A stretch of 64,000 bases of DNA from Pecten maximus (Eukaryota). The stretch is from contig NC_047025.1 in assembly GCF_902652985.1 (NCBI RefSeq), positions 10,726,001 to 10,790,000 of the forward strand, read 5' to 3'. The position numbers and the translations under genes are program-made. The notes below the pieces were generated by a model. It had not been told where the DNA came from. It was given only the letters and a program-made list of their open reading frames with translations, and made no database searches. Positions 48,994 through 62,629 of the stretch are shown one piece after another. Positions within the stretch are counted from its first letter, which is position 1. Every line of letters starts with the position of its first letter.

Positions 48994-49839
48994 TCAAATG
49001 GTCGTGACTTTGCCAGTGAACGATGACGGAAGCTGTGTACGACTTGAACCAGCCGCTTGTCCTTTATCTGTTGCGCCCCCTCGGGCCTGGCCTTTCAATA
49101 GCTCCATGAGCTCTTTTTTCTCTAGCTCAAGTCTCTCTATGTCCTGTCGTCTTTGAATCTCCAAATCCATTAAAAGTTTCATCTTTTGCGACATCCGTGA
49201 TAGTTCAGATTTTAATTCGTCAACTTGGCATTGGATTATAGACTCTTTCTGAACCATGTGTTCACGCTGCATATTCAAACGAAGTTCCATCTCGTGCCGC
49301 TGTTCCTGAATTTTGCAAGCCATTTCCGACCGAAGAACATCATACGCGGTTCGAAGTTCAGCGATGCAATTGTGAGCTGCGTCTTCCGGTGAAATCATCA
49401 ACATACCACAACCATTAGAACATTCTTTCGCTCTGAATTCACAATTGTCCAAGTGCTCAACCAAATCTTTCCGCGAAACCATCAGTTTGCATTTCTCGTT
49501 TGGACATGGTACTGTTCCCAATGGACATTCAGATTCATGGGTATGCATAAATTCCAAATCGCCAATAAACGTACATCCCAAGAAATGGTTGCAACATTTT
49601 AGTTGCATTTTGTTGAGATCGTTTTTCATGTATCGAAAGAGGGGTTTAAGAGCAGAGAGCGATAGCTGTTTCCGGTCCTCTGGACAGCGCGTGTTTTGGA
49701 CAAGCCATCCTTCGATGCACGTGCGACAGAACGCATGCTCACAAGGAGCCTGGACCGGGTCTTCTAGCACGTCACGACAGATGCAGCACAGCAGACCTTC
49801 GTTGACGGTGACAACAAACCTGTCGACATCATATCCCAT
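48994..49839 (-). CDS. RING finger / TRAF-type zinc finger E3 ubiquitin ligase, RNF151/NRDP1(RNF41)-like (281 aa)
   Basis: MGYDVDRF N-terminus; C3HC4-type RING CCICRDVLEDP..CEHAFCRTC..CPEDR; TRAF/SINA-type zinc fingers; C-terminal coiled coil; no USP8-binding C-terminal domain; splice acceptor at 49862-49863 just upstream of the ATG. Confidence 0.9.
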   Translation of the reverse strand: MGYDVDRFVVTVNEGLLCCICRDVLEDPVQAPCEHAFCRTCIEGWLVQNTRCPEDRKQLSLSALKPLFRYMKNDLNKMQLKCCNHFLGCTFIGDLEFMHTHESECPLGTVPCPNEKCKLMVSRKDLVEHLDNCEFRAKECSNGCGMLMISPEDAAHNCIAELRTAYDVLRSEMACKIQEQRHEMELRLNMQREHMVQKESIIQCQVDELKSELSRMSQKMKLLMDLEIQRRQDIERLELEKKELMELLKGQARGGATDKGQAAGSSRTQLPSSFTGKVTTI

Positions 49840-52817
49840 TGCTGGTTGTTATCTTAAATTTCTGAAATCATGAAAAGAATTCAAAATAAATATAAAGTAT
49901 TGTGCTAATTTCAAAGACAATCGATTAATGATGGCCATATTTATATTTTTGCAAAACTTGTCAGGCAGTAAAATTAAGCTATCCCGCGCCTACGATCTTT
50001 CTGAACTGTTCCTTCCTTTTCCAGTGAACAGTATAAGAGACTTGCAACGGATGGAACAACATCCAAAATATTTCCCGGCAGTTGAGAAAAGTAAATGACA
50101 TATCCACCTTTTCAATTTAGAGAAATGTTTTTAAGTGTTCAATCTTCAGTAATTGGCGAAGTTCCTCTGCCACAAAGTGCATGCTACTGCAATAGTTGAT
50201 TTAGATATGATTCTATCAGAATCCAATGTCCTAACTGACTCCAGTGATTGATCTCAACTTGTTGACCTTGAGGGATTACAAAAATAATCTGTATAGAAAT
50301 CTCAAGATATGAGCATGTCAAAAAGTCACATTGTGACGTAAGTGTAACGCGTGCGCAGCGGCGAGATCGAGTTGACCAGCTAATCTGTATTAACGGGATC
50401 TAGATTCACGCGGACGCCGAGACCGATTGAAACGCGATTTGGCTATATGTTTATGAGAATTACTCAACCAGGCACACTTAATCTGTTAAAATATTACCCC
50501 TATTGAAGATTACTTCACAAACATATCGGTAAAAAAATGCATAATCATAATATTATTGTCTTAAACAGCATGTGACAACGTCTGATCTGATCTAAATCTA
50601 TAATCAAAGGTTGTTCCGTGTCCTGTACCAGTCAGTCTACCTAGCAATAAAAATAGGTACATGCATATCGGGGAAGTAATGAGGCGAAAAAATCCTGTTA
50701 TAGAAATACATGCGCAAACAACGTAATAATTTGGATTTAAAATAGGAATATCATCTGTACAGAGCAAAAACAAAATAAATCGTCCCACGAGGGCTACATA
50801 ATCATGAACTCAAGTGTTTCGAGATGGCGTGTCGCGTTTTAACATGACAACGAGACCGAATCAATAACAAAGTGATAATAAATGTGACATATAAATAAAC
50901 AATACTGTGCTTTCACAATGGCGACACTCCTTCGTGCTGACACAATTGTGCGTCGTCTAGAACGGCTTTTTACATGACATACTCCGCCAGTTTTGTGTTG
51001 TTGCTAATCGAACTTTATGTTACCACTGAGCGGTCAAATAAGTGCATTTCTGCTTGACAGGGGTTCTTACTGCCGTACATGCAGGGAAAACATATTATTT
51101 ATTTTCGACTTCTAAGCCGAATTGTAGCCTCTCCAACATCGGCTAAACTATGGACATTTGGATACGAGATTTGTTTTCCCCAATCAAAATGCAGAACGTC
51201 TGGTGTTGGGGTCAGAGGAAACCCGAGCTATATATCATTCAAACAAACAAGAATACGCATTTTATTTCATGTTATCTGAAAGAGTTTTTGTTTTTGTTTT
51301 TTTCGGGTTTTTTTGTTGTTTTTGTTTTTTATAATATTTTTTTTTCTTTGAAACGTCACATTCCACGATTTAATCGGATCCAGGAAATATTGAATTTTAT
51401 GTGCATATGTTTTCTCCAGTTACGAAACCTGCATGCATACATGCATTTGGACATGCAATAATAATCTTCATATTAAATTTATGTAGCACAGTCGATACCA
51501 AAGGAGTCGCCTTGCTTCACGTACTATGCCACTGAGCTTCGTTTACTATAGCTATATACATGTTGTATAGATATATTTGCACAACCTGCGTATTGTAATC
51601 GGCTCAGTGGACTTTAAAGGATATTGATGACAGATATCTCGGACATTAAACTAAGGCCGGAGAGATATTGAGTGCTGTAACTGTCTCGGCATCTCTGATC
51701 AATAATATCGATATATTATAGAACAAAGCGGCCATGTTTACAATGGCTCCATTGTTCGTTCACTACATCTAATGTGTTCCGTGTATTTGTTTCAAATTAC
51801 GGTATCAATTATGTATCATAACTATTTGAACACAAACTAAATCAGATTTTGATTATGGTAAAACGGCACATCCTGGCACGACTTTTGTATATGATACTTA
51901 ACTATCAGAATACAGGTGTATTTCGAGCGATGTTTGTAGAAAATCTCCAGAGTGACAAAATATGATACACGAGTTACTAACTTACAAACTTCTAAGCATG
52001 CTGATGTTGAATTCTTTAACTTTTATATTCTTCCCAATTTCTTGTTTTCTCCGATAGAATGGATGTAGTCCGTTCATGTACAATCCCCTCCCGCCAGTCT
52101 ACGTATTTCATTTTTTGTTTATTTATTATTATTGTTTTCATATTTTTAGTGCAAATTCCAGATTCACCATTGGGTTTCATTAAATTAGTATCAAACAGTC
52201 AATTTGAATGGGCATGCACGCCATATATATAAATTAGATAACATAGTGATTGCACTGACAAACTGAAACAGAGGAAAGCCAAATGTTAACTCCTACGATA
52301 AAAACCAAACATAAGCCTTGGACCGATCGGTACCTGTGATGGTTCCGAAAAATTAATATTGAAATACAGCACAAGCAACCATCAAATCATCTAATGATAA
52401 ACTTCTTTTCATTGTCCTGAAAACTTTGGATTAACTGAAGTTAAATTATTTTTTCTCGATTTGTCTTCGAGAAGAAATACAATATATTGACAGTTCAGAG
52501 TTTATTCTATATATATATATATATATATATTCTACTGTATCTAGTTACTGGAATAAATAAAAGTGTTGTAGAAAATAGCACACATCTTTGTAGACTCTGA
52601 TATTTAAACATGTCGCTGACCGAATTCCGAGGATCAATATTTCAGATTTTGTACTGAACACCGAGACTAATTATCTAGAAAATGTACCGTTATTTGTACT
52701 GTATTAGTTTAATGATCTCGGCAGCAGTCTGATGATGATGGCGCATTTCATGTCGCTTCCTTTCGATCGATATATCAATAGAGATATCGTTATATATAAG
52801 CTGAATATAATACTTAC

Positions 52818-53011
52818 CTTTGGTAGCCAAACACTGGAGTAGTATATTGTTTGTCCCGTTAAAGTTTCGCGACAATCTTCAGTTATAAACTCTATGAGGT
52901 CTGAACAAACAAATGTATCATATCTACAATATGTATAGGTATAACCTACTTATATAGGGTACTACCTCCCGCCAATATTGGTGCTGTATAATGTAAACAG
53001 CTGTGACGTCA
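52818..53011 (-). promoter_or_regulatory. Candidate 5' non-coding exon and promoter of the RING E3 gene
   Basis: Minus-strand AAAG|gtaagt donor at 52818/52817 (another at about 51986); CRE TGACGTCA at 53004-53011. Confidence 0.3.
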
Positions 53012-53484
53012 CATGTCCCGCCATTTTTCTACAACAATTGCCAATCAGCCTTTACCTAATTGTCAGGAATGTTGGCAGCGCGTTCAACAGATCAACATAA
53101 CTGTTCCACCGGGTATAATGAAGGGTTCTTGGTATGTGTCCAAGATTTATAATTTGGTATTAAATCTCGAGAGTCTTTTGGCATACGATCTAGGTAACAC
53201 AATGGAAAACATGTAAGTTATTGTTATAAGTGACCAGCGAAATGAAGATGTGGAAATGGATGTATGTAATTAAAATTATTGTCACTTTGGTGGCGAGGTC
53301 TGTTTTGAATTCTGAGCAAAACAATACTGACGTGCTCAGAAAATCATAATACATACTCAAAATGGGTCAAATCCGTGACAAAATATCGATTTACATGGAG
53401 ACCATTCACAAAGTTAAGTAGAATAGGACCATGTGTTCCGCAATCAGTAGCGTTTTGTTGGGTTTTTCTCTCCATGGGTAGTCA

Positions 53485-53755
53485 CGGTCATTTTGAGGCG
53501 GAGTTTCTTATAGTAATTGTTGACTACCTCATTGAACATACAGGGGGCTAATCGTATGCCATCCAGAGCAATTATGGAGTTTCTTATAAGTTTCTTGTCC
53601 AAAGACACAACCACGACAGCATCTCAGGTTCCCGAGAAACATAAACCGACTCGGGTAGGGAGCGTACGTCGTACTACGTACCTCGGACCTTCATCTGAGC
53701 TTAAATGTGACAGGTGCTCTAACTGATTCGCGACTGAGCTATCGCGGCCTGTGGC
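53485..53755 (-). mobile_element. SINE (CORE-like family)
   Basis: Similarity to the 45605-45860 and 5425-5575 copies. Confidence 0.55.
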
Positions 53756-54227
53756 GACAACCACCGTGTATTCTGGTCAAATTAAGGTAATTTATCACGT
53801 TCTCAAAATGAGAAGTGAGGTAGTGATCATTGGGTAAGTCCCTACAGTCACAATGAGTTTCTTAGGTGCTCTACTTTCTGTACGAACCATACAGGGGTAT
53901 TTCGAATTAATTCTAAACAGATTACAAGCTAACAAGTCTCTTTGAACAGGGGCAATCAACGAAGCCGATTATATTTTTCTGATGACGAAATATCATGCAA
54001 TGATAAAAAAAAAATAGCATTTTCCTGATGATTAAAAATCTCATTAGCCAAGTTCGGATACATGATTTTCAGTTAGGGGGGGGGGGGGGGGGTTGCCAAA
54101 TTACGGGGGGTGCGGGGGTACTCCACCGGGAAAAAAATTAGCAGGTAAATGCAAAATCCTGCATTCTGGTGTATTTCACGATAGATTCATACAAATACAA
54201 ATCCGCCAGTGTTACACAGGCAATATT

Positions 54228-54332
54228 CCTTCACGTGAATTTTTTTCATGTGAATATTTTTTTCACGTGAAATTCACATGAATTTCATGTGAATTTCACG
54301 TGAAAAATTTCATGTGAATTTCATGTGAATTT
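54228..54332. repeat. TTCACGTGAA/TTCATGTGAA palindromic short-repeat array (MITE remnant)
   Basis: Repeated 10-bp palindromic units. Confidence 0.6.
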
Positions 54333-56714
54333 TTGTTTCGAGATTTTTTCACATACAAAAATAAATCTAGCAAAATGTATTTAACGGCTCCTCCAACACG
54401 ACAAAAAGCGTTGAATACATTACCCAATGTTGTGAGCAAGCTAACACAAAATAATTCGGCTGATTCCTATTTTCAATGTAGATGGCCTATATATCCTTTA
54501 CAGGTTCGCGGGAAAAAAAGTTAAAAACTTAATTAACCTCACTATTACTTGTTATGCGTTATGTAGAGGATAAATTGCAGTTGAAAATTAGATGATTGGC
54601 CCTTTTATTCCATATAGGATCTGTAGCAAATGTTTGTGGTTTTTTTTGTTTTTGTTTTGTTTTTTGTTTGTTTTTTTTCAATAAATTATTGGACTACGAC
54701 CTCGGAAATAATGTAAACAACGCGCTGCTGCGTTGCGGGTATTTTAATGCACAGAAGAGGATTTTTCGTCAGTTGCAGCCGGACTATTTTATAATTGGTA
54801 GGTTTTCATGTAAATACACATGCTTGTTCATCCAAAATCTAGAATACAGTCTTTACTTTAGTAATATCGATGTTAGGCGAGTTGACAACTGGCCGGCCCG
54901 GCCCGAGATCTACAAAACCAGACGGGCAGACGACAGTCCTACCTGACACGTTTAAATTCCCAATGTTAGCCCTTTCGCAACCAAATGTGACAAATACTTC
55001 AAAAATACTACAAAACACGTCTTCATTCCAACTTAATCGTCTTCGCGTTGATAGTTTTCCTCAAATGTGATGAATTGGAATATTTTTGCAGACAAATCGC
55101 CTTGGTGGGCTTACTAAAGGCGAGATGGCTGAAGAGAATTGACCGGGATTGTTCAATAAGTACTCGGTGATTTAAACTTGATAGGATTGTTTTTTATCAA
55201 TTCTATCAATTCTTTATTAAGGCCCTGTGTAAGGATAAACAGGTTAAATAGAGAGGATATAGAACAGTATTTAGCTCTATATTATAACAACCAGAAACGG
55301 GTGTTTTTTTAAAAGCGCTTTATAATCGATTCCAATGTTGTATCGATGCATAAATACTTAGTAGACAAGAAATGATGTTACAAATTAAAATTAGACGATT
55401 CCATTATAACTTTAGTGCCTGACCCCAAGTACCTGTGGCAAGCTGTCTGTGTACATAGAAAATCTTTCTAGCGGTCTATAACCTTTCTGCACCCAATGAA
55501 TCATAAACGTGATTAATATCATCTAATTACACCTTGACTGTGCCATGATTTATATACAAACTAGTTCTGACCATGACACCATGGATGTCTGGTGTCAGGG
55601 CCAGAGGAAACTCGGGCTATATACAAACATGCTCTCGGGCAATGCTCTCGGGTCGCCGGTTGTCTCCTTTTGAATCGGAGGATTGGTCGTTTTTGATGTA
55701 AATAAAGACGTCTTTTTATGTGATACTGCATTATCAGAAACGAAATTTACGATAACAGATGATGTTATTAAGATTGGATACCACAGCCTATTTCCGTAAA
55801 AACAAAATGTGATCCGGACACACCACATTTTTTCATTTCAGTTTTCTAGAATCGAACTTGGAAAATGAAAACAACATTATCTCAGAACACGATAGTTTGA
55901 AAAAAATGTACATGATAATAAGTTATTTTTTCCGGATTTCCAATTAATGAAGTATACTGTCCCACAAACGGTATCCCAACCCAATGGTATTCTTTCTCCT
56001 CTTACGCTAGCGTTATGAATGTCCCAATATCTCCCTCTCTCGATCTCCATGTCATGTGCTGACATTCATTAAATCATGACTCCTATGGCCTGAATTATAT
56101 TTCCTAGTTCGTGACCGCCTGTGTTCCTACAGTAAAGAAATGGAGCTCCGATCGACACTCCTACATCACACCACCTATACTGTACGGGGAACATTAATTG
56201 TCACGTCATGTACTTCCGCCATCTATCCCAGAGAATGCTCATTTGGACATTCCGACGTTTTCAGAGGTGCAGGAATCCCGGGGCGACATGAATAGTTTTT
56301 TGTTTTTTGTTTTTTTTTTTTTTGCAACTCTTATTCTTTTTTCTTTCTTTTTTTAAAAGTTATTCTTATCTTGTCAAAATATTGTAAAATCATCTGGTCT
56401 CGTGATTAAGTTTGTGTTCACGAGATTATTTTTGTTACATTTGTTAATTTTCTTTAATGTCACAATGTGTATGTTTGACAATCAGTTAAATGAATTCCAA
56501 ACATACCTGATTTGTCGACTTGAGTCACACCTTGGTTTAAACCACACTGAATAAATGTGATCATACATGTATTTAAATTGAAACTTAATTTTAGCATGTA
56601 AGTAAACTTGTTTGGATGTTTTGGCAAATAATTGTAAGTTATGTTTGATGTATAATGAATTTTGTCATTGCATTGCATCGTAAGAATTTTATAAATACGA
56701 GCGTGGGGATTGTA

Positions 56715-57971
56715 CGAGTGCCGATTGATATGTTGTGAGCCTCATATTCAAGGATTTGATTTTAGCCGGACATATTGTATTATGTTTCAACATAATCCCC
56801 TTCAGTATCTATACACTTTTGCCAGCGGTGTTTAAGGGCCTCAATGCCACTTTTATAGAACTCCTTTTCTTGGCTGTTCAGAAAGTCATCCACTGCGTGC
56901 ATGACGTCATCATCGGACTGAAAGTGGGTGCCTGAAATAGCTGTTTCAGTTTTAGAAATAGATGAAAGTCTGATGAAGCGAGATCGGGTGAATAAGGCGG
57001 ATGTTCAATCAATTTAAAGCCACAATCGTGAATGACAGCCATGGCAATGACAGACTTGTGAACAGAATTGTCCTGAGGGAATAACACACCTTTAGTGATC
57101 TTTCCGCGGCGCTTAAGTTTAATATTTTCCCGTAACTGCCTCAGAAGTGAAGCATAGTAGGTGCCATTGATTGTTTGTCACAATCTATCAGCAGAATACC
57201 ATCTGCATCCCAGAAAACCGAGGCCATAACCTTCCCAGCTTATGGAACCGTCTTTGCCTTCTTTGGCGAGGGAGAGCGAGTGTGTTTCCATTGTTTCGAT
57301 TGTTGTTCAGCCTCTGGGGTAAAATGTTCGACCCATGTTTCATCCATAGTGACAAATATCTGAAGAAAGTTGGCAGGATCTTCCACAAAAAGGTTAAGAT
57401 TAGCACGCGATAATGGGCGCCTGGTGTGCTTCTGATCAACTGTCAGAAGTCTTGGTACCCATCGGGCCGAAAGCTTTCTTATTGCAAGATCCTCGGTCAG
57501 AATGGAATGTACTCTTTCCTGTGAAATGCCAACTCGATCTACTGGCTATATATCTGTCTGTGACTCGTCTGTCAGTCATAACAATATCATGTACTTTATT
57601 GACCATTTCTGAGGTTGCAACATTGACAGACCATCCAGGACGGGGTTATCAAGGCTCTGTCGGCCGCGCTTTGAATTCCGCCACCCACCTTTTCGCTGTA
57701 GCATATGAAGGGGGGCATCTTTCCCTAGTGTTGCTACCATATCATTATGGATGTCCTTAGGTGATGAACCTTTATTACACCGATTTTGTCCATTTTGCAA
57801 AAGCCGCTTGTCTTGTTTACATTCGAGTGCTACCTCGTCGATATAGACTAACCAAATGTGACCAGTCCTTGGGTACACGGTCACAGATAGTCAGAGAACA
57901 GAAGAACTTAAAAAGAACATCCTTGAGTACCTCCTTCAATACGAGGCTCACAACATATCAATAATCCCTCG
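56715..57971 (-). mobile_element. Mariner (DD34D) transposon, full length but decayed
   Basis: Inverted repeats CGAG..ATTGATATGTTGTGAGCCTC at both ends with TA duplication; frameshifted transposase fragments with SARWVPRLL, VTMDETW and HPPYSPDLASSDFHLF motifs. Confidence 0.92.
56880..57793 (-). pseudogene. Mariner transposase pseudogene
   Basis: Multiple frameshifts and stops; motifs split among several short ORFs. Confidence 0.85.
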
Positions 57972-60900
57972 TACAATAGCCAACATATGTTACTTTTGGT
58001 AAGGGCTACTTTATAATGCCTGTACTTGTATATTAAACGGGCGACCAAATGGCATACTGTCAAAATAAGATAAACCATATCAATCCCATTTGTCTTAAAA
58101 TACCGAACCAGATTTAATTGTTGATCACACATTAGTTCTGGTCGAATACCTGTACTGGTCCCATGTATATACAAATTGGTACAATAAAATGTGTCTATGT
58201 ATGTATCGTCCAAAATCAAATCCCGACATTCTTGGGGCAATATTCGAATTTTGATTTGATTACCTCCTTTTATCAGACATTATGTAAATAATTGTTTTGT
58301 ATGTTTTAATGAGTTTTTTTTTTTTTACTCTTTGATGTCAGATCTTTCCCAAGTACACAATAGTCCAAAATTAGTGATAGATTGTGTTTTATAGATATTG
58401 ATGAAATTTGCAGGTTTTGACATTTTTATTTTGTTATATATTTATTTATTTCATATACTTATAATTGTTGAACGTTTAGCAGAGAATACGTGAATTTACA
58501 CCTGTACAATTATACTGTACAAAAATCGCGAGCTCATTTCTTTCTTTTCGTCCAAGTGTGGATGGGTAAGTATGTGTCAAATTAAAATTCTTTTGTTACA
58601 TTCAGCTTTACAGCTCATCTGTATACAGATACGTGATAATACATAATAATGTGTCAGTCTGTACTCTCTCTTGATGGAAAAATAATCAAGATAACTGCAT
58701 TCAAAAATATAGTTGGTCACAAAAACATTTCGCGTCTGAGAAGGCTGGATCACCTTTTCAGCATTCCCTTTCACAATACCTGGATTGTTGGTGTTAATTT
58801 TACATTTCTGGAAACAATAGATAAGTTTATTGTTCAACTTGTCGATGTCCATCTCCCTCCAAATACACAGCGCGAGCTGGCCACAGTGACAGTGTCACCA
58901 CGCGTGTACGTATGAAATCCTACACCCAACAAATATGTAGGATCGGTGTTCATAATGAATATCAAACAAATAAAAATCCAGGCGTTGAAAACCAATAAAG
59001 GGTATTTAAAGGCCGCGGTCGATATATAAGTGGAGTTCGGGACTTGAGTGGTTCAATAACACCAATGGGTTAAGATAGTCGTTTTCACCTACCCAACTCA
59101 AAATTATTAGTGAGAGTGCCTACAGAATTTTCGTCAATGTTTTTGTTTTGTATTTCAGAGCACAGGGGCTTGGCCCCTGTGTTTCAGAGTGTGTATAGAT
59201 AAGAATGTTCCAATTTCACAAAGATATGATTTAATATCATACTAATATGTGAATATTATATAGATTTTAGAAAATATAAAACTATAATAGACGTAGCATG
59301 AAAACGGCGAATGAAAGATAGCCACAACAAAATTTATGAAATTGTGCTATAAGAAAGGAAATGAATGTGTTCAAACCCCTTCACGATGTGTTAGAATGCC
59401 AGTGTTGTATACAATGTATATAGAATGTTTAAACCGACGAACAGTAAGACTCAACTGAACCGAATAAGGGAAGTAAAATAAGATAGCCTTGTCTAATACG
59501 CTGTTTTATTATTTTATAGTAGTTTGGGGATGACCGTTCATCATATATTGATTACCGTGTGATTGCATCCGTAAATCAAAATGAGGAAATGACGTCACAC
59601 AATTGCACCTTAAGGTATGACGTCACGATAAAGACAATGGACAAAGAGTCTAACTGATTTTAAGAAAAGACACGGAAAGAGTTCAATGGGATCAAATGAT
59701 GAGCATGCCATTGAAGAAAATCAAATTCGCTTCCATTTCAAACAAGGTTTATGAAACTCGACACACAATATTTCTTCTTATAGAAAAATTATAACATATA
59801 TATTATCTTTTTAAAAATGTAAAAAAAAAACTTGTACGCCTTTTTTCGTGTGTTTTAAGATACAAACAGCGTGAAAGTGATATACTAGATGTACGTATGA
59901 ATTAATTATCGACCTTTCGTGTGGCCACATGTCGGTGCTGCTATTTGACTAAGCTTGTTACCTACATCTGATATCGAAATCCTCGGTTTAAGTAAATACA
60001 TTAGTATACTACATGTGTAATTCTAACCAGGAAGTCACAATGGACATAAGACTGTCACTTACGCAATAAAAAAAAACTAAATATAGTAATGCAATGTACA
60101 TGTATATATATACACGTATATGTATATACCATATGCACCGCTTCCTGTAAAATTCTATTACGCTCCCTAATAAGGAAAACAAAATATTGACATTTCCAAA
60201 AGATACGGAGATTTTTTTAGAAATAGTGTTACCTCTATTTTTCTTGTTCAGATGAATAAGTTTGGGCTTGCTACAGAATGTTGATATCTTCAATGAAAGT
60301 ATAATGCAAATCTTTAAATATAGAGTTCTGTACAGGGTGAACTCATGAATATATAAACAACTTACATGGATCGATGAAATAAAACACCAACAGTGGCCGT
60401 TGTTGGAATTTGAAACTTCACTGTGCAAGGCTTGAAGATTGACACACGCGTGGCAACGGATATTGATCGAGACTGATCTCGTGTTTTTACATAATATATT
60501 TGATGACAGGCATCAAATCGATTTCTCCCGATGTCAATTTCCCGGACTCAACTGACCTCGGAATGTTGTTGTGTTAAAGCAGGCTAAAATGTCTATAAAA
60601 CCACAATAGGTTTCTGTAAGTAGGCATTTTATCAGGGATAGGGGTATTTAAAGGTCCAGGTTTAGTAATTAGGTAGATTAAGGTACGTACTAACGATAAA
60701 GTGACATAAATACCATCTAGAAATACGAGACGGTCTTGATAAGAATTTCCACCTCATCACAAAATAAATTTACAATATTTACAATAACAGAAACCGGTTA
60801 CGAACGAAATATTTTGAACATTTTAAGCTCATCACATTTTGGCGATTCCTTATCATAGAGACGCAAGTCTTTGTATTTTTGTAAAAGAAAACAAAAGAAA

Positions 60901-61454
60901 AGAAAACCCAAACATTTATTTGCTTTAAATTCATGAAATAATAAAAAAAATAAATAAAAATATCATCATTCTGGCCTGACATTCATGTACATGTATATGC
61001 AAATGGTAAACTGTTCTTCACGGGAAACTACAGTACTGCTGAAATGCAACAAGTCACAGTGTAAGATATTAGCCTCTGTACGTTCTTCAGAAGTACATTG
61101 TGTATTGAAGGCCGAAGATATCTCGACTATTCATGTTTGAACCTTTATAGCTACAGCATATTGTTTACATAGTACCCATATTTCTTCTGGCCAAGGTCAA
61201 TGTGAATATTATATACACAAAAGGAAAGTGTCTTATCGTTTTATGTATACAATATGTTTACTCTTGAATATACAATGTAGACTTGAATAATGTATACGCT
61301 AAACATGTGTGTTTGTATATCTCTCAAAGTTATAGTGTATGTGAATATTCATGAGCACGTCCATTTAGACTTTAGATAAATATGTACACACCTCAGCAAA
61401 AATGTTAAAAATTGAGAAGCAAAAATCATCCTTCTATACGATGATTTCATTTCA

Positions 61455-61730
61455 AAGACCACCTATTACCGCCTATAACGAACACTTGTCTACCTGTCTT
61501 TACCGACCTTTTGAAGAGACAACTTGTCTATAAAGACCACCTGTCTATAACGACCACTACCTATCATTTGCATTTAAAGATCTCTGTATTACGACCACTC
61601 AATAGCGTTTACATATAAAGAGCACCTTCTAAAACTACCTCTTGTAAAGACTCCGTTCCTGTCTTCATCGACCCTATGTAAAGACTTTTCATCATATATT
61701 ACGACCACCTGTCTATAACGACACCTTACT
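61455..61730. repeat. Decayed GACCACCTGTCTATAA repeat array (MITE-derived)
   Basis: Recurring motif; a similar array lies at 26791-26960. Confidence 0.5.
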
Positions 61731-62459
61731 ATGAAACCTCATATCAACTTGAATGCAGAGGAATGTCCCTGTTTTTCTTCTTCTTGATAATCAGACTTGT
61801 GTAATGTTTTGTAAAAAAATCGCTTTGGTGTTTTTTTGTTTTGTTTTTTGTTTTTGTTCAAGTTCAACAATCTATACATATAATGTTGATATTAATGTGA
61901 TATACTTTTTTTTAATTACCAGCAGAGACATAAAAGTGTCATATACCATATATATATATATATTTGACAATACTCTTGATAAGAAGAAAAGAACATTCAT
62001 ATTATTTTTTTTTTAACCGTGATCTAGTTATAAGATTCATTTGAAATATGTGTTGTCCCAGAACCAAAATATGACTCCATAAGATTTAAGTACGGGACAT
62101 TTTTGTGGCGAAGGGACATTCATCAAAATTGCTTTCATTCACTCGAATGGTGGAGTTGATATGAAAAAAGCAACAAATTATATGTGAACTTGTTCTATTC
62201 AAACTAAGTCATGCAGTAAATATGCATATACAAATATGTAGCTTGTGATTACGCACTACCACGCGATTTGAAAAAAAAAAATAGTCTGACAACGTCTCCT
62301 CGATCTGCGCCTAAGTAAACGTAGTTCTATGTACAGATTAGAGACATATCTCTCTATTATTACTGTTTCAACCATACCTACTTATTATTGTACGTCTGTA
62401 GGTTTAGTATAGGTATTACACGGGCACCTGCTGTGCTCAACGAGAACTAGGCTACCTTA

Positions 62460-62629
62460 GTGACGTCACCACGCGAACAGGTCATAGGTCAGCGAGTGAA
62501 AATGGGAACGGATGAAGTTTGCTGAAGTTGTTGCTCCGGAGTATAAATACATTCCTCAGCCTCCATGTTCGCTGTAACCGACTTTACGATATGAGCGGAA
62601 CACATACAGCCGTCCACCATGCTAGAAAG
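62460..62629 (+). promoter_or_regulatory. Candidate promoter and first exon of a downstream gene
   Basis: CRE GTGACGTCAC 62460-62469; perfect DR1 AGGTCA-T-AGGTCA 62479-62491; TATAAA 62542-62547; ATGs at 62591 and 62619; AAG|gtgaga donor at 62629. Confidence 0.55.

Noticed and set aside
49445-49873. 142-aa + strand ORF
   Set aside because: Antisense shadow of the RING E3 CDS
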